A stretch of 55,366 nucleotides of DNA, from positions 1 through 55,366 of the forward strand of contig JASFWK010000004.1 of NCBI GenBank assembly GCA_050049355.1, given 5' to 3'. Below are positions 20,305 to 29,615 of this stretch, in pieces; the first letter of the stretch is position 1; each line of letters opens with the position of its first letter. The translations under genes were made by a program, and so were the position numbers. A model generated the notes under the pieces. The model saw only the letters and a program-made list of their open reading frames with translations, had not been told where the DNA came from and made no database searches. Origin of the DNA: Anaerolineae bacterium (lineage in GTDB: Bacteria > Chloroflexota > Anaerolineae > B4-G1 > DUEL01).

Positions 20305-20306
20305 AG

Positions 20307-21305
20307 ATGGATTTTGCATTGATTCTGGCGAGCATCTCATTTCTTCTGGCAGTGGGCTGGGGACCGCTGCTGATTAAGCTCCTACGGCGCTATCGCATTG
20401 GCAAGCGCATTCGGATTGATGGCCCTCGCGGACACCAGACGAAGTTCGGCACCCCCACTATGGGAGGGCTGATGATCGTGGTCCCAGTGCTGGTGATCAC
20501 GCTGGCCCTGAACATCTACAATCTGCTTGGGCGGACGGTCATAGGGCGTTCCATTATGGTGCCGTTGGGAGTGATGGTAGCCTATGCGATTGTGGGCGCG
20601 ATAGATGACGTTGCCGGGGTGCGAGGGATGCGCCGCGGGGAAGGTTTCCGCGCCCGTCAGAAGATCGTGTGGGAACTCTTGATCTCCTTCGCCATAGCTC
20701 TGGTGCTTCATTTTGGACTGGAGCTGCGCAGTATCGCCTTCCCAGGCGTTGTCCAGAAGGTCGACATCGGTCTCTTCTACATCCCTATCGCGATGTTCCT
20801 CATCACCAGCTTGTCCAACGCCGTCAATCTAACCGACGGCCTGGATGGGCTGGCTGGGATCATCGTCGCCAGCGCCTTCGCCGCTTACGGTGTCATCGCC
20901 TTCCTGCAGGGCCAGGTCTATCTAGTCCGCTTCTGCTTCACCGTCGTGGGGGCTTGTTTTGCGTTCCTTTGGTATAACGCCCATCCTGCCCAGATGTTTA
21001 TGGGTGATACAGGAAGCCTGGCCCTAGGGGCGACTCTGGGAACGGTGGCGCTGATGACAGGGCAGTGGCTGCTGCTGCCGGTGGTGGCACTTGTGCCGGT
21101 GGCGGAAGTGCTGTCGGTGATCATTCAGGTGGCCTATTTCAAGTACACCAAACGGCGGTACGGTCAGGGCCGGCGAGTCTTCAAGATGACACCTCTCCAC
21201 CATCATTTCGAACTACTGGGCTGGTCGGAGACACAGGTGGTCCAGCGGTTTTGGCTGGTAGAACTCCTGGCGGCGATGGCAGGGGTGGCGCTGGCGTTGA
21301 TCTGA
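20307..21305 (+). CDS. mraY: phospho-N-acetylmuramoyl-pentapeptide transferase
   Basis: GTPTMGG, NAVNLTDGLDGLA, FMGDTGS, PLHHHFEL. Confidence 0.98.
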   Translation: MDFALILASISFLLAVGWGPLLIKLLRRYRIGKRIRIDGPRGHQTKFGTPTMGGLMIVVPVLVITLALNIYNLLGRTVIGRSIMVPLGVMVAYAIVGAIDDVAGVRGMRRGEGFRARQKIVWELLISFAIALVLHFGLELRSIAFPGVVQKVDIGLFYIPIAMFLITSLSNAVNLTDGLDGLAGIIVASAFAAYGVIAFLQGQVYLVRFCFTVVGACFAFLWYNAHPAQMFMGDTGSLALGATLGTVALMTGQWLLLPVVALVPVAEVLSVIIQVAYFKYTKRRYGQGRRVFKMTPLHHHFELLGWSETQVVQRFWLVELLAAMAGVALALI

Positions 21306-21344
21306 GGGAAGAGTTCGAACGCGTGCAAGTTGTGGAGGTGCGAG

Positions 21345-21587
21345 ATGGAAGTCGGTTTGCTTTGGTTCGATAACGACTCCCGCCGAGGGATCAAAGAGAA
21401 GGTTCAGAGGGCAGCGGCTTGTTATCAACGCAAGTATGGTCACCAGCCGAACATCTGCTTTGTCCATCCCAGCATGCTGGAAGGAAATGGCAAAGCGAGG
21501 GAGCTACAGGCTGGCGCGGTGGAAGTTCGTCCGGGCCGCGCGATCCTGCCAGATCACTTTTGGGTGGGGGTGTCGGAAGAGCAGTGA
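21345..21587 (+). CDS. conserved small hypothetical protein (80 aa)
   Basis: SD GGAGGTG; MEVGLLWFDND...YQRKYGHQPNICFVHP...ILPDHFWVG, protein-like composition inside the operon. Confidence 0.8.
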   Translation: MEVGLLWFDNDSRRGIKEKVQRAAACYQRKYGHQPNICFVHPSMLEGNGKARELQAGAVEVRPGRAILPDHFWVGVSEEQ

Positions 21588-21684
21588 GAGGGCTACCCTC
21601 TGGCAGTGTGTAGGGAGGCATCTGCGCCGGACGCAGGGATGATGGAAGGACTTCGTTACTCGCTTGGTCGTTGACGGGAGGCGT

Positions 21685-23100
21685 ATGGTCGAGGGCGTGA
21701 ATAGCGGAAGCTTGGACCTGGATGGGAAACGTGTGGTAATTCTGGGGCTAGCCCGGCAAGGGGTGGCCCTGGCGAGTTTCCTGGCCCGGGTTGGGGCGGA
21801 GGTGACCGTGTCTGATCTGCAGGAGGAGGCGGCGCTCGCCGATCGGCTGGAGGAACTGGCCGACCTGCCCGTCCGCACGGTTCTGGGCGGACATCCCGAG
21901 AGTCTGCTGGAGGGCACGGACCTGCTCTGCCTGAGCGGAGGGGTACCCGTTGACGTCCCCATCGTCGTGGAGGCGCGGCGGCGGGGTATTCCCCTCAGCA
22001 ATGACGCGCAGCTCTTCCTGGAGCGCTCTCCTGCACCGGTCATTGGCATCACGGGCTCGGCTGGGAAGACGACCACCTCAGCTCTGGTGGGCGAGATGTG
22101 TCGGGCGGCGGGTTTGCCCACCTGGGTAGGGGGAAACATTGGAAATCCTCTTATCACGGAACTGGGGCGCATTGGTCCCGAGGACAAGGTGGTGATGGAA
22201 CTCTCCAGTTTCCAGCTAGAGATCATGAATGTGAGCCCACATATCGCAGCGGTGCTCAACATCACCCCCAATCACCTCGATCGGCACAAGACAATGGACA
22301 ACTACATCGCTGCCAAGCGGGCCATCGTTGCCCATCAGGGGCCCGAGGACTACGCTGTTCTTGGCTTTGACGACGCTAACGCCCGAGCGCTGGCGCTGGA
22401 GACGGACGCTCGCCCCTTCTTCTTCAGCGGCGGGGCGGAGATGGACGAAGGGGCTTACAAGACCAACGGGGAGCTGGCTCTGCGCCTGGCCAAGGCGGAG
22501 ACGATCATCTGCCAGGCGGACGAGGTTAGGCTGCGGGGCCACCATAACGTCCTCAACGTCCTGGCTGCCTGTGCTATCTGCGGCATCGCTGGGGTTCCGG
22601 TCGAGGCGATGCGGCAGGCGATTCGCACGTTCACCGGAGTGGAGCACCGCTTGGAAGAAGTGCGGGAGATCATGGGAGTTCGCTACTACAACGACTCAAT
22701 CGCCACGGCACCCGAGCGAGTGGTGGCGGCTCTTCTCTCGTTCGATGAGCCAACCGTGCTCCTGGCTGGCGGGCGCGATAAGAAGCTGCCCTGGGATGGG
22801 TTCGCCAGCGAGGCGATGAGGCGGGTGCGGCACTTGATCACGTTCGGCGAGGCTGGACCGATGATTGCACGTGTAGTGGAGGAGAGGATCGCAAAGGGAC
22901 AGGAGAGAGCGGAGGGGCGCAGGCTGGAGCAGATCACGCGGGTGAGCACGCTGGAGGAAGCGGTGCAGGCTGCCGATCAGCTGGCTCGTCCCGGAGATGT
23001 GGTGTTGCTCTCGCCCGGCGGCACCAGTTTCGATGCCTTTCAAGACTTCGCCGAGCGGGGGGAGCGCTTCAAGGAACTCGTCCGGAACCTCAAGAGGTAA
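21685..23100 (+). CDS. murD: UDP-MurNAc-L-Ala--D-Glu ligase
   Basis: ITGSAGKTTT, GGNIG, ELSSFQL, HLDRH, NDSIAT, LLSPG..SFD.F..F.ERG. Confidence 0.97.
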   Translation: MVEGVNSGSLDLDGKRVVILGLARQGVALASFLARVGAEVTVSDLQEEAALADRLEELADLPVRTVLGGHPESLLEGTDLLCLSGGVPVDVPIVVEARRRGIPLSNDAQLFLERSPAPVIGITGSAGKTTTSALVGEMCRAAGLPTWVGGNIGNPLITELGRIGPEDKVVMELSSFQLEIMNVSPHIAAVLNITPNHLDRHKTMDNYIAAKRAIVAHQGPEDYAVLGFDDANARALALETDARPFFFSGGAEMDEGAYKTNGELALRLAKAETIICQADEVRLRGHHNVLNVLAACAICGIAGVPVEAMRQAIRTFTGVEHRLEEVREIMGVRYYNDSIATAPERVVAALLSFDEPTVLLAGGRDKKLPWDGFASEAMRRVRHLITFGEAGPMIARVVEERIAKGQERAEGRRLEQITRVSTLEEAVQAADQLARPGDVVLLSPGGTSFDAFQDFAERGERFKELVRNLKR

Positions 23101-23107
23101 GGGACAC

Positions 23108-24301
23108 ATGGGCAAGAAGGGGCGAAAAGCAGGCGAGCGACGCGAGCCCGACTATGTGCTGATCCTGGTCGTGGCGGCTCTGCTGTTGCTAGGGCTCCTG
23201 ATGGTCTACAGCACGACCTTTGATCGGAGCTACCGGGAGACGGAGAGTCCCTTCCACTACTTGGAGAGACAGGCGCTGTGGGCGGGGCTGGGCCTTGCGA
23301 TCGCAGCTATCCTGACCTGGCTGGAGTACGAATGGCTGCGGCGGATGGCCGTGCCGATCATGGGGATGACGCTAATCCTTCTCGTCTTGGTCCTCTTCGT
23401 GGGTCAGGAACGGTTCGGCGCGCGTAGAAACCTCCTGGAGGGGTCGGTGCAGCCGGGGGAGCTGGCGAAGCTCACCACCGTGATCTACATCGCTACCTGG
23501 GTCTCCTCTAAGGGGGAGCAGATCAGGGATGTGACATATGGTCTCGTTCCCTTCGCCGTGTTGATTGGCCTGCTGGCAGGGCTGGTGGTGCTTCAGCCGG
23601 ATCTGAGTACAGCGGCGGTGATCGTGATGACGGGCCTCGCGACTTTCTTCGTAGGAGGAGCTGACCTGCTCCAGTTGGTGATCGGAGGGGTGGTGGGAGG
23701 CGCCGTGTTCTCAGGGTTGGTCTTGCTCTATCCCCATGCCCAGAGACGGCTGCATGACTTCTTCGTCATGCTCCGAGACCCGAGTCAGATGAGCTATCAT
23801 GCCCAAGAATCTTTGATCACGCTGGGTAGTGGTGGGATGTTCGGATCAGGACTGGGACTGGGTCGGCAGAAATTCGGCCACTTGCCCTTTCCGTTCACCG
23901 ACAGCATTTTCGCGGTCATAGGTGAAGAGCTGGGTCTCGTGGGCTGCTTGCTGGTCCTTGGGCTTTATGCGTTGCTTTGCTGGCGCGGACTGCGGATTGC
24001 GCTGCGCGCACGCGGTGGCTTCGGCGTGGTGCTGGCCTGCGGGCTGACCGTCTTGCTGGCCTCTCAGGCGTTGATCAACGTGGGTGTGGTCGTCGGGGTT
24101 CTTCCCTTCACGGGCATGGTGCTTCCGTTCATAAGCCTGGGGGGCTCGTCGCTGCTGGTCTCGCTAGCCGGGGTTGGGATTCTGTTGAGCATCTCTCGTG
24201 GAGGGCACCCGAGGGAATGGAGGGGTAGTGCGCATCTGGATTTCGGGAGGCGGGACGGGGGGACACGTCTATCCCGGGCTGGCCGTTCTGCAAGCTCTTA
24301 G
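23108..24301 (+). CDS. ftsW: peptidoglycan glycosyltransferase FtsW (SEDS)
   Basis: QPGELAK, LQPDL, GSGG..G.GLG, TDSIFAVIGEELG, LPFISLGGSS. Confidence 0.95.
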   Translation: MGKKGRKAGERREPDYVLILVVAALLLLGLLMVYSTTFDRSYRETESPFHYLERQALWAGLGLAIAAILTWLEYEWLRRMAVPIMGMTLILLVLVLFVGQERFGARRNLLEGSVQPGELAKLTTVIYIATWVSSKGEQIRDVTYGLVPFAVLIGLLAGLVVLQPDLSTAAVIVMTGLATFFVGGADLLQLVIGGVVGGAVFSGLVLLYPHAQRRLHDFFVMLRDPSQMSYHAQESLITLGSGGMFGSGLGLGRQKFGHLPFPFTDSIFAVIGEELGLVGCLLVLGLYALLCWRGLRIALRARGGFGVVLACGLTVLLASQALINVGVVVGVLPFTGMVLPFISLGGSSLLVSLAGVGILLSISRGGHPREWRGSAHLDFGRRDGGTRLSRAGRSASS

Positions 24302-25328
24302 GGCAGAGAAGGATGTGGAGCCTCTCTACGTGGGTGGGGTGGCCAGCGTCGAGGAGCGGCTGGCCAAGCGAGCAGGAGTGGCGTTCTTCGGGGTGCCGGC
24401 CGGGGGAGTGCACGGACTGGCTCCCTGGCGGGCGGCACGGAACCTTGTCAAACTGATCAGGGCATGGTGGCGAGTGCTGCGCTTGGGCTGCAGGCAGCGT
24501 CCCCGGGCTCTCTTCGTCACCGGAGGGTACGCCAGCGTGCCGGTGGCGTTGGCGGCCCGGCTGCTTCGTGTGCCGATTCTTCTCTACCTGCCGGATATCG
24601 AGCCGGGATTGGCGGTCCGTTTCATCGCCCGCCTGGCCACCCGCGTGGGCGTTACCACGGAGGATTCTCAGGCATACCTGCCTGAAGGGAAGGTCATCGT
24701 GACGGGGTACCCGATCAGGCCCGAGTTCACGGAGGCCAGACGAGACCAGGCGCGAGACGCGCTGAACCTGACCCAGGATGAGCCTGTAGTACTGGTGTTT
24801 GGAGGAAGTCACGGCGCGCGGAGCATCAACAGGGCAGTGGCGCAGAACCTGGAGGAGTTGCTGGAGGAGGCGCAGGTGGTTCATTTGAGCGGCGAGTTGG
24901 ACTGGCCGTGGGTGGCTCAGAGGGCGGAGGAACTCCCGTCCGACCTGCGTGCTCGCTATCACCCTCTTCCCTACCTCCACGAGATGGGGCAGGCCTTGGC
25001 GGCGGCGGATCTGGCGGTCTGCCGGGCAGGAGCTTCGACTCTGGGGGAGCTGCCGTATTTCGGCTTGCCTGCTGTTCTGGTACCGTATCCCTATGCCTGG
25101 CGCTATCAGCGGGTCAATGCTGAGTGGCTATCGGCACGGGGAGCGGCGGTCGTGCTGGAGGATGAGCGACTGGGACAGGACCTCGTACCTGTGGTGAAGG
25201 ACTTGCTGGCGCATCCAGAGCGGTTGTCGCGGATGCGCGAGCATTCGCAGGCGTTGGCGCTGCCGGGGGCAACGGCGCGGCTAGCGGATCAGCTGCGGAC
25301 ACTGGCCGGAGAGGGGGAAGCGGGATGA
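24228..25328 (+). CDS. murG: undecaprenyl-PP-MurNAc-pentapeptide GlcNAc transferase
   Basis: GGGTGGHVYP, TGGYAS, FGGSHGA, CRAGASTL.E; GTG start overlaps the ftsW end. Confidence 0.97.
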   Translation: MRIWISGGGTGGHVYPGLAVLQALRAEKDVEPLYVGGVASVEERLAKRAGVAFFGVPAGGVHGLAPWRAARNLVKLIRAWWRVLRLGCRQRPRALFVTGGYASVPVALAARLLRVPILLYLPDIEPGLAVRFIARLATRVGVTTEDSQAYLPEGKVIVTGYPIRPEFTEARRDQARDALNLTQDEPVVLVFGGSHGARSINRAVAQNLEELLEEAQVVHLSGELDWPWVAQRAEELPSDLRARYHPLPYLHEMGQALAAADLAVCRAGASTLGELPYFGLPAVLVPYPYAWRYQRVNAEWLSARGAAVVLEDERLGQDLVPVVKDLLAHPERLSRMREHSQALALPGATARLADQLRTLAGEGEAG

Positions 25329-25891
25329 TCAGCATTGTAGGCTTTTTCGGAATCGTCATCGGCTTCTTCGGCATCATCGGGCTCATGCGGGGCTGGACCA
25401 AGGAGATCATAGCCACTGCTGGCATTGTTCTGGCACTCTTCGCCCTAAGCACGCTTGAGGAGACCAATACCATCGGGAGCTTCATACCCCAGAACGCCAC
25501 CTCGGCTCAGCAGTTTGGGATTCGCGCTGGTCTCTTCATCCTCATTGTCTTCTTCTCCTACCAGACGCCAGCCGTGGCCGAGACAGTCAGCCGCGGCAAA
25601 TTGACCGCCAAGGCCAGGGCCGCGATCCAAGAGCGCATTCTCGGTTTGATCATTGGTCTGGTCAATGGCTACCTGATCGCCGGCACGATCTGGTACTACC
25701 TCCGCATGCAGGGCTATCCGTTCCCAAACGTACTCTATCCCCCACTGAACCCCGACACCGGCCAGCCGGATCCAGCCATGTGGGACACCATCACGTTCGC
25801 GACCAAGTACCTGCCCCTGGACTGGATCTCGCCGTGGCTTCCATACCTGATGATCCTACTCTTCTTGTTCGTGATCATCGCTATTATCTGA
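25325..25891 (+). CDS. CvpA family membrane protein
   Basis: GLMRGWTKE and ERILGLIIGLVNG CvpA-like motifs; several TM helices. Confidence 0.75.
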   Translation: MISIVGFFGIVIGFFGIIGLMRGWTKEIIATAGIVLALFALSTLEETNTIGSFIPQNATSAQQFGIRAGLFILIVFFSYQTPAVAETVSRGKLTAKARAAIQERILGLIIGLVNGYLIAGTIWYYLRMQGYPFPNVLYPPLNPDTGQPDPAMWDTITFATKYLPLDWISPWLPYLMILLFLFVIIAII

Positions 25892-25897
25892 GGAGGG

Positions 25898-27301
25898 GTG
25901 ATGGAGAGCAAGAGAGTACATCTGGTGGGCATCGGAGGGGCGGGTCTTTCCGCCATCGCCCGCGTGTTGATGGAGCGAGGGGTAGAGGTCTCCGGCTCGG
26001 ATCTCGTCCTCTCGCCTGTGGCGGAAGCGCTGGCGCGAGACGGGGCTGAGATCTTCGTGGGGCACCGGGCGGGGCAAGTCTCGGGAGCAGACTTGGTCGT
26101 AGCCTCGTCGGCGGTGCCGAACGACAACGTAGAGCTGCAGACGGCGAGAGCTCAAGGGATACCAGTGGTTTACCGAGCTCAGATTCTTGCGGAGCTGATG
26201 GATGGCCACATAGGCGTGGCCGTCGCTGGGACGCACGGCAAGACAACCACCACGGCGATGATCGCTTCGATTCTGTGGGAGGGAGGGCTTGATCCCACCT
26301 TCATCGTCGGCGGAGTCGTGGCTGGACTGAGTACCAACGCCCGCGCCGGGACGGGTCCGCACTTCGTCGTCGAGGCGGATGAGTACGATCGTACCTTCCT
26401 GGGTCTCCGCCCGCAAGTGGCGGTGGTGACGAATGTGGAACACGACCATCCGGATTGCTATCCCACCTTTGACGAGTTCCAAGAGGCCTTCACCCAGTTC
26501 GTCTCGCTCCTGCCTCAGGAGGGACTGCTGGTGGCGTGTTGGGACAATCCGGTGGCGCGGCAACTGGGAAATGAGCGATCGGCGAAAGGGCTGCCAGTGC
26601 TCTTCTATGGGCTGGAAGAGGGAGCAATTTGGCGGGCAGAGGAAGTGCGGCCCAACTTCGCCGGCGGGTCGGACTTCCTGGCATTGCAGGGAAGGCAGGT
26701 GTTAGGCCTGATGAGGCTGCGGGTGCCTGGCCGGCACAACGTCTCCAACGCGGTGGCTGCCTTGGCGGTTGCTGACTACTTGGGAGTGCCCTTCCCAACC
26801 ATCCGTTCCGCATTGGTGGGGTTCTGGGGAGTCGGCCGCCGGTTTGAGGTGAAAGGGGAGGCCGACGGGGTAACTGTCGTGGACGACTATGCCCACCATC
26901 CAACAGAGCTCCGAGCGACGCTGGCGGCTTCGCGCGAACGGTTTCCTGGCCAGCCACTGTGGGCGGTCTGGCAGCCCCACACCTATAGTCGAACGAGGGC
27001 GCTGCTCGGAGGGTTCGCTCAAGCGTTCGACCAGGCCGACCACGTGGTGGTATTGCCCATCTACCCCGCTCGTGAACACGACACGTTGGGAATATCGAGT
27101 GCCGACGCGGTGGCGGCGATACAGCATCCCGATGTCCGACTGGTGGATTCCATGGAGGAGGCAGTAGTTGTCCTGGGCACGGAGGTCCAGTCTGGTGGGG
27201 TGGTGGTCACGCTGGGAGCGGGAGACGGACACTTGGTGGGCGAGTGGCTGCTGGTCGCACTGAGCGGAGGGAACGGAAATGGGCCGTATGCAGGCTGCTG
27301 A
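25898..27301 (+). CDS. murC: UDP-MurNAc--L-alanine ligase
   Basis: HLVGIGGAGLS, AGTHGKTTTT, EADEYD, DDYAHHPTE, QPHTYSRT, GAGD. Confidence 0.98.
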   Translation: MMESKRVHLVGIGGAGLSAIARVLMERGVEVSGSDLVLSPVAEALARDGAEIFVGHRAGQVSGADLVVASSAVPNDNVELQTARAQGIPVVYRAQILAELMDGHIGVAVAGTHGKTTTTAMIASILWEGGLDPTFIVGGVVAGLSTNARAGTGPHFVVEADEYDRTFLGLRPQVAVVTNVEHDHPDCYPTFDEFQEAFTQFVSLLPQEGLLVACWDNPVARQLGNERSAKGLPVLFYGLEEGAIWRAEEVRPNFAGGSDFLALQGRQVLGLMRLRVPGRHNVSNAVAALAVADYLGVPFPTIRSALVGFWGVGRRFEVKGEADGVTVVDDYAHHPTELRATLAASRERFPGQPLWAVWQPHTYSRTRALLGGFAQAFDQADHVVVLPIYPAREHDTLGISSADAVAAIQHPDVRLVDSMEEAVVVLGTEVQSGGVVVTLGAGDGHLVGEWLLVALSGGNGNGPYAGC

Positions 27302-27476
27302 GAAGCTGGCGTATCGTCTTAAGGGAGTGCGTAAACGGAAGAAGGCTCGCGGAGGATTTGCCTGCAAGGTGCTGGCGCGGAAGATGACTCTGGTGCGTAG
27401 ACGAAGGAAGGCGCACGGATGGAAGCGACTGCCTGCGGTCGCAGTGAGAGGCGATGGAGAGGTTCACTTTGGATAG
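27279..27476 (+). CDS. putative small highly basic protein (65 aa)
   Basis: GGAGG SD 8 nt upstream; overlaps the murC end and murB start by 23 bp each; 21 of 65 residues are K/R. Confidence 0.45.
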   Translation: MGRMQAAEKLAYRLKGVRKRKKARGGFACKVLARKMTLVRRRRKAHGWKRLPAVAVRGDGEVHFG

Positions 27477-28383
27477 TGCGCTAGAGCAGTTGGCCAAGGT
27501 GCTGGGGGAGCGAGCGCGGCGGAACGAACCGCTGGCTCCCTACACGAGCATACGCGTCGGTGGGCCGGCTGACTTGTTGGTCGTCTGCCGCACAGGTGAC
27601 CAGATGGTAGACGCGGTTCGGTTGGCGTCCTCCAGAGGGCTACCCTGGCGGGTACTGGGAAGCGGATGCAATATTCTGGTGGCCGACGCAGGCGTCCGCG
27701 GACTGGTGGTCATCAACCGTGCTGACCGGATGACGTTCGAGGAGGACGGGGTGGTCTGGGCCGAGTCGGGGACCCTGATGAGGGTCTTGGCCCGGGACAC
27801 GACAGGGCGAGGCTTGGCCGGGCTTGAGTGGGCGGCAGGTCTGCCCGGGACCGTCGGCGGCGCGGTCGTCGGCAATGCGGGCGCCTTCGACGGCGACGTC
27901 GCGTCAGTTCTGACCAAGGCCACGCTCCTGGCACCGGAGGGCGAGGTCGTGGAGAGGTCGGCGAAATGGTTCGAGTTCAGGTACAGGGGAAGCCGAATCA
28001 AGGGCGGAGAGGAGGGGAAGAGGTATGTAGTTCTTGATGCGACGTTTGGGCTTCAGCCTGAGGAGACCGAGGTGTTGGTCGCTCGCGTGGATGAGATCCT
28101 TCGGTGGCGGCGGGAGCGTCATCCCGCAGGCGCGACGATGGGCTCTACGTTCAAGAATCCGCCCGGTGACCACGCGGGGCGCCTGATCGAGCTCGCTGGC
28201 CTGAAGGGCCAGCGCATCGGAGGAGTTAAGGTCTCCGAGCAGCATGCGAACTTCCTCATCAACACAGGCAAGGCCACCGCGGACGATGTCTTGGCTCTGA
28301 TCCGCCGCGTGCAGGCGGAGGTGGAGGATCGGTTCGGAGTGGGACTTACGATGGAGGTGGAGTTGGTGGGGGAGTGGGAGTGA
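27454..28383 (+). CDS. murB: UDP-N-acetylenolpyruvoylglucosamine reductase
   Basis: IRVGGPAD, LG.G.N.LV.D, PGTVGGAV.GNAGA, GSTFKNP, HANFLIN. Confidence 0.97.
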   Translation: MERFTLDSALEQLAKVLGERARRNEPLAPYTSIRVGGPADLLVVCRTGDQMVDAVRLASSRGLPWRVLGSGCNILVADAGVRGLVVINRADRMTFEEDGVVWAESGTLMRVLARDTTGRGLAGLEWAAGLPGTVGGAVVGNAGAFDGDVASVLTKATLLAPEGEVVERSAKWFEFRYRGSRIKGGEEGKRYVVLDATFGLQPEETEVLVARVDEILRWRRERHPAGATMGSTFKNPPGDHAGRLIELAGLKGQRIGGVKVSEQHANFLINTGKATADDVLALIRRVQAEVEDRFGVGLTMEVELVGEWE

Positions 28384-28393
28384 GGGGCGAGCT

Positions 28394-28450
28394 GCGAGTT
28401 GCGGAGGGGCGAGTTGCGGAGGGGCGAGTTGCGAAGGGGCGAGTTGCGAA
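28394..28450. repeat. 15-bp tandem repeat GCGAGTTGCG(G/A)AGGG x3.8
   Basis: units start at 28394, 28409, 28424, 28439 (partial), with a degenerate copy at 28383-28396. Confidence 0.92.
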
Positions 28451-28472
28451 CTGTGGTTGAGAGGGGGCAGGG

Positions 28473-29615
28473 ATGAGCGCCAGGCGGAAGTTGCGAGTCG
28501 GCGTGATCTTCGGGGGGCGATCAGGTGAGCATGAGGTCAGCCTGATGTCAGCCCGCTCGGTGATGGAGGCGATGGACCCGGACAAGTATGAGATCGTGCC
28601 CATCGGTATCACTAAGGGCGGGCGATGGATAGCCTCTGGCGACCCGATGAAGGCGCTGGCCTCCGGCGACGAGAGTGCCAGCGCCCCTGCTGCCCTCCTG
28701 GGCGATCCCTCTCAGCGGGGGCTGATGCGCATCGAGCGCCGGGAAGGGCAGATACTGCGCACCCGAGTGGCAGCGCTGGATGTGATCTTCCCTGTCCTCC
28801 ACGGCCCCTATGGAGAGGATGGCACGCTCCAGGGCTTGCTGGATCTGGCAGGAATCCCGTACGTGGGCGCCGGGGTGACCGGCTCGGCCCTGGCGATGGA
28901 CAAGGCGATCTTCAAGTCCGTGATGCGGGCTCAGGGTTTGCCAATCGCGGACTACCTGGTGATCAAACGCAAACGGTGGGAGACGGATCGAGAGGCGGTC
29001 CTCAACCGTGTCGAGGGCAAGCTGGGCTATCCGGTCTTCACCAAACCGGCGAACCTGGGCTCCAGTGTGGGGGTGAGTAAGTCTCACGATCGGCAAGGGC
29101 TGGCGGATGGGCTAACGGAGGCGGCGCGATACGACCGCAAGCTGCTGGTCGAAGCGGCGATCGCCCAGGCACGGGAGATCGAGGTCAGCGTGCTGGGCAA
29201 CGACGAGCCCATTGCCTCTGTGCCAGGGGAGGTCGTTCCCAGCCGCGAGTTCTACAGCTACGCCGCCAAGTATCTCGACGATGGGGAGGCCGCATCTGAA
29301 CTCCTTATCCCGGCCCCCATTCCGCCGGAGACGACGGAGCGGGTACGGGAACTGGCGGTGGAGGCGTATCTGGCGATCGACTGCGCGGGGATGGCGCGAG
29401 CAGACTTCCTGCTCTCCGGAGAGACTGGGGAGCTGTATGTGAATGAGCTGAATACGATCCCCGGGTTCACTGCCATCAGTATGTACCCAAAGCTGTGGGA
29501 GGCCAGTGGCATATCCTATCCTGACTTGATCGATCGCTTGATCGCCCTGGCGCTGGATCGGCACGAGGACCGCGCCCGCTGTGAGACTTCATACAGCCCG
29601 GACGAAGAGAGATGA
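28473..29615 (+). CDS. ddl: D-alanine--D-alanine ligase
   Basis: FGGRSGEHEVS, PVLHGPYGEDG, KPANLGSSVG, YSYAAKY, NELNTIPGFT. Confidence 0.97.
   Translation: MSARRKLRVGVIFGGRSGEHEVSLMSARSVMEAMDPDKYEIVPIGITKGGRWIASGDPMKALASGDESASAPAALLGDPSQRGLMRIERREGQILRTRVAALDVIFPVLHGPYGEDGTLQGLLDLAGIPYVGAGVTGSALAMDKAIFKSVMRAQGLPIADYLVIKRKRWETDREAVLNRVEGKLGYPVFTKPANLGSSVGVSKSHDRQGLADGLTEAARYDRKLLVEAAIAQAREIEVSVLGNDEPIASVPGEVVPSREFYSYAAKYLDDGEAASELLIPAPIPPETTERVRELAVEAYLAIDCAGMARADFLLSGETGELYVNELNTIPGFTAISMYPKLWEASGISYPDLIDRLIALALDRHEDRARCETSYSPDEER

Noticed and set aside
28383-28450. Possible CRISPR array
   Set aside because: Contiguous 15-bp units with no spacers and no cas genes.
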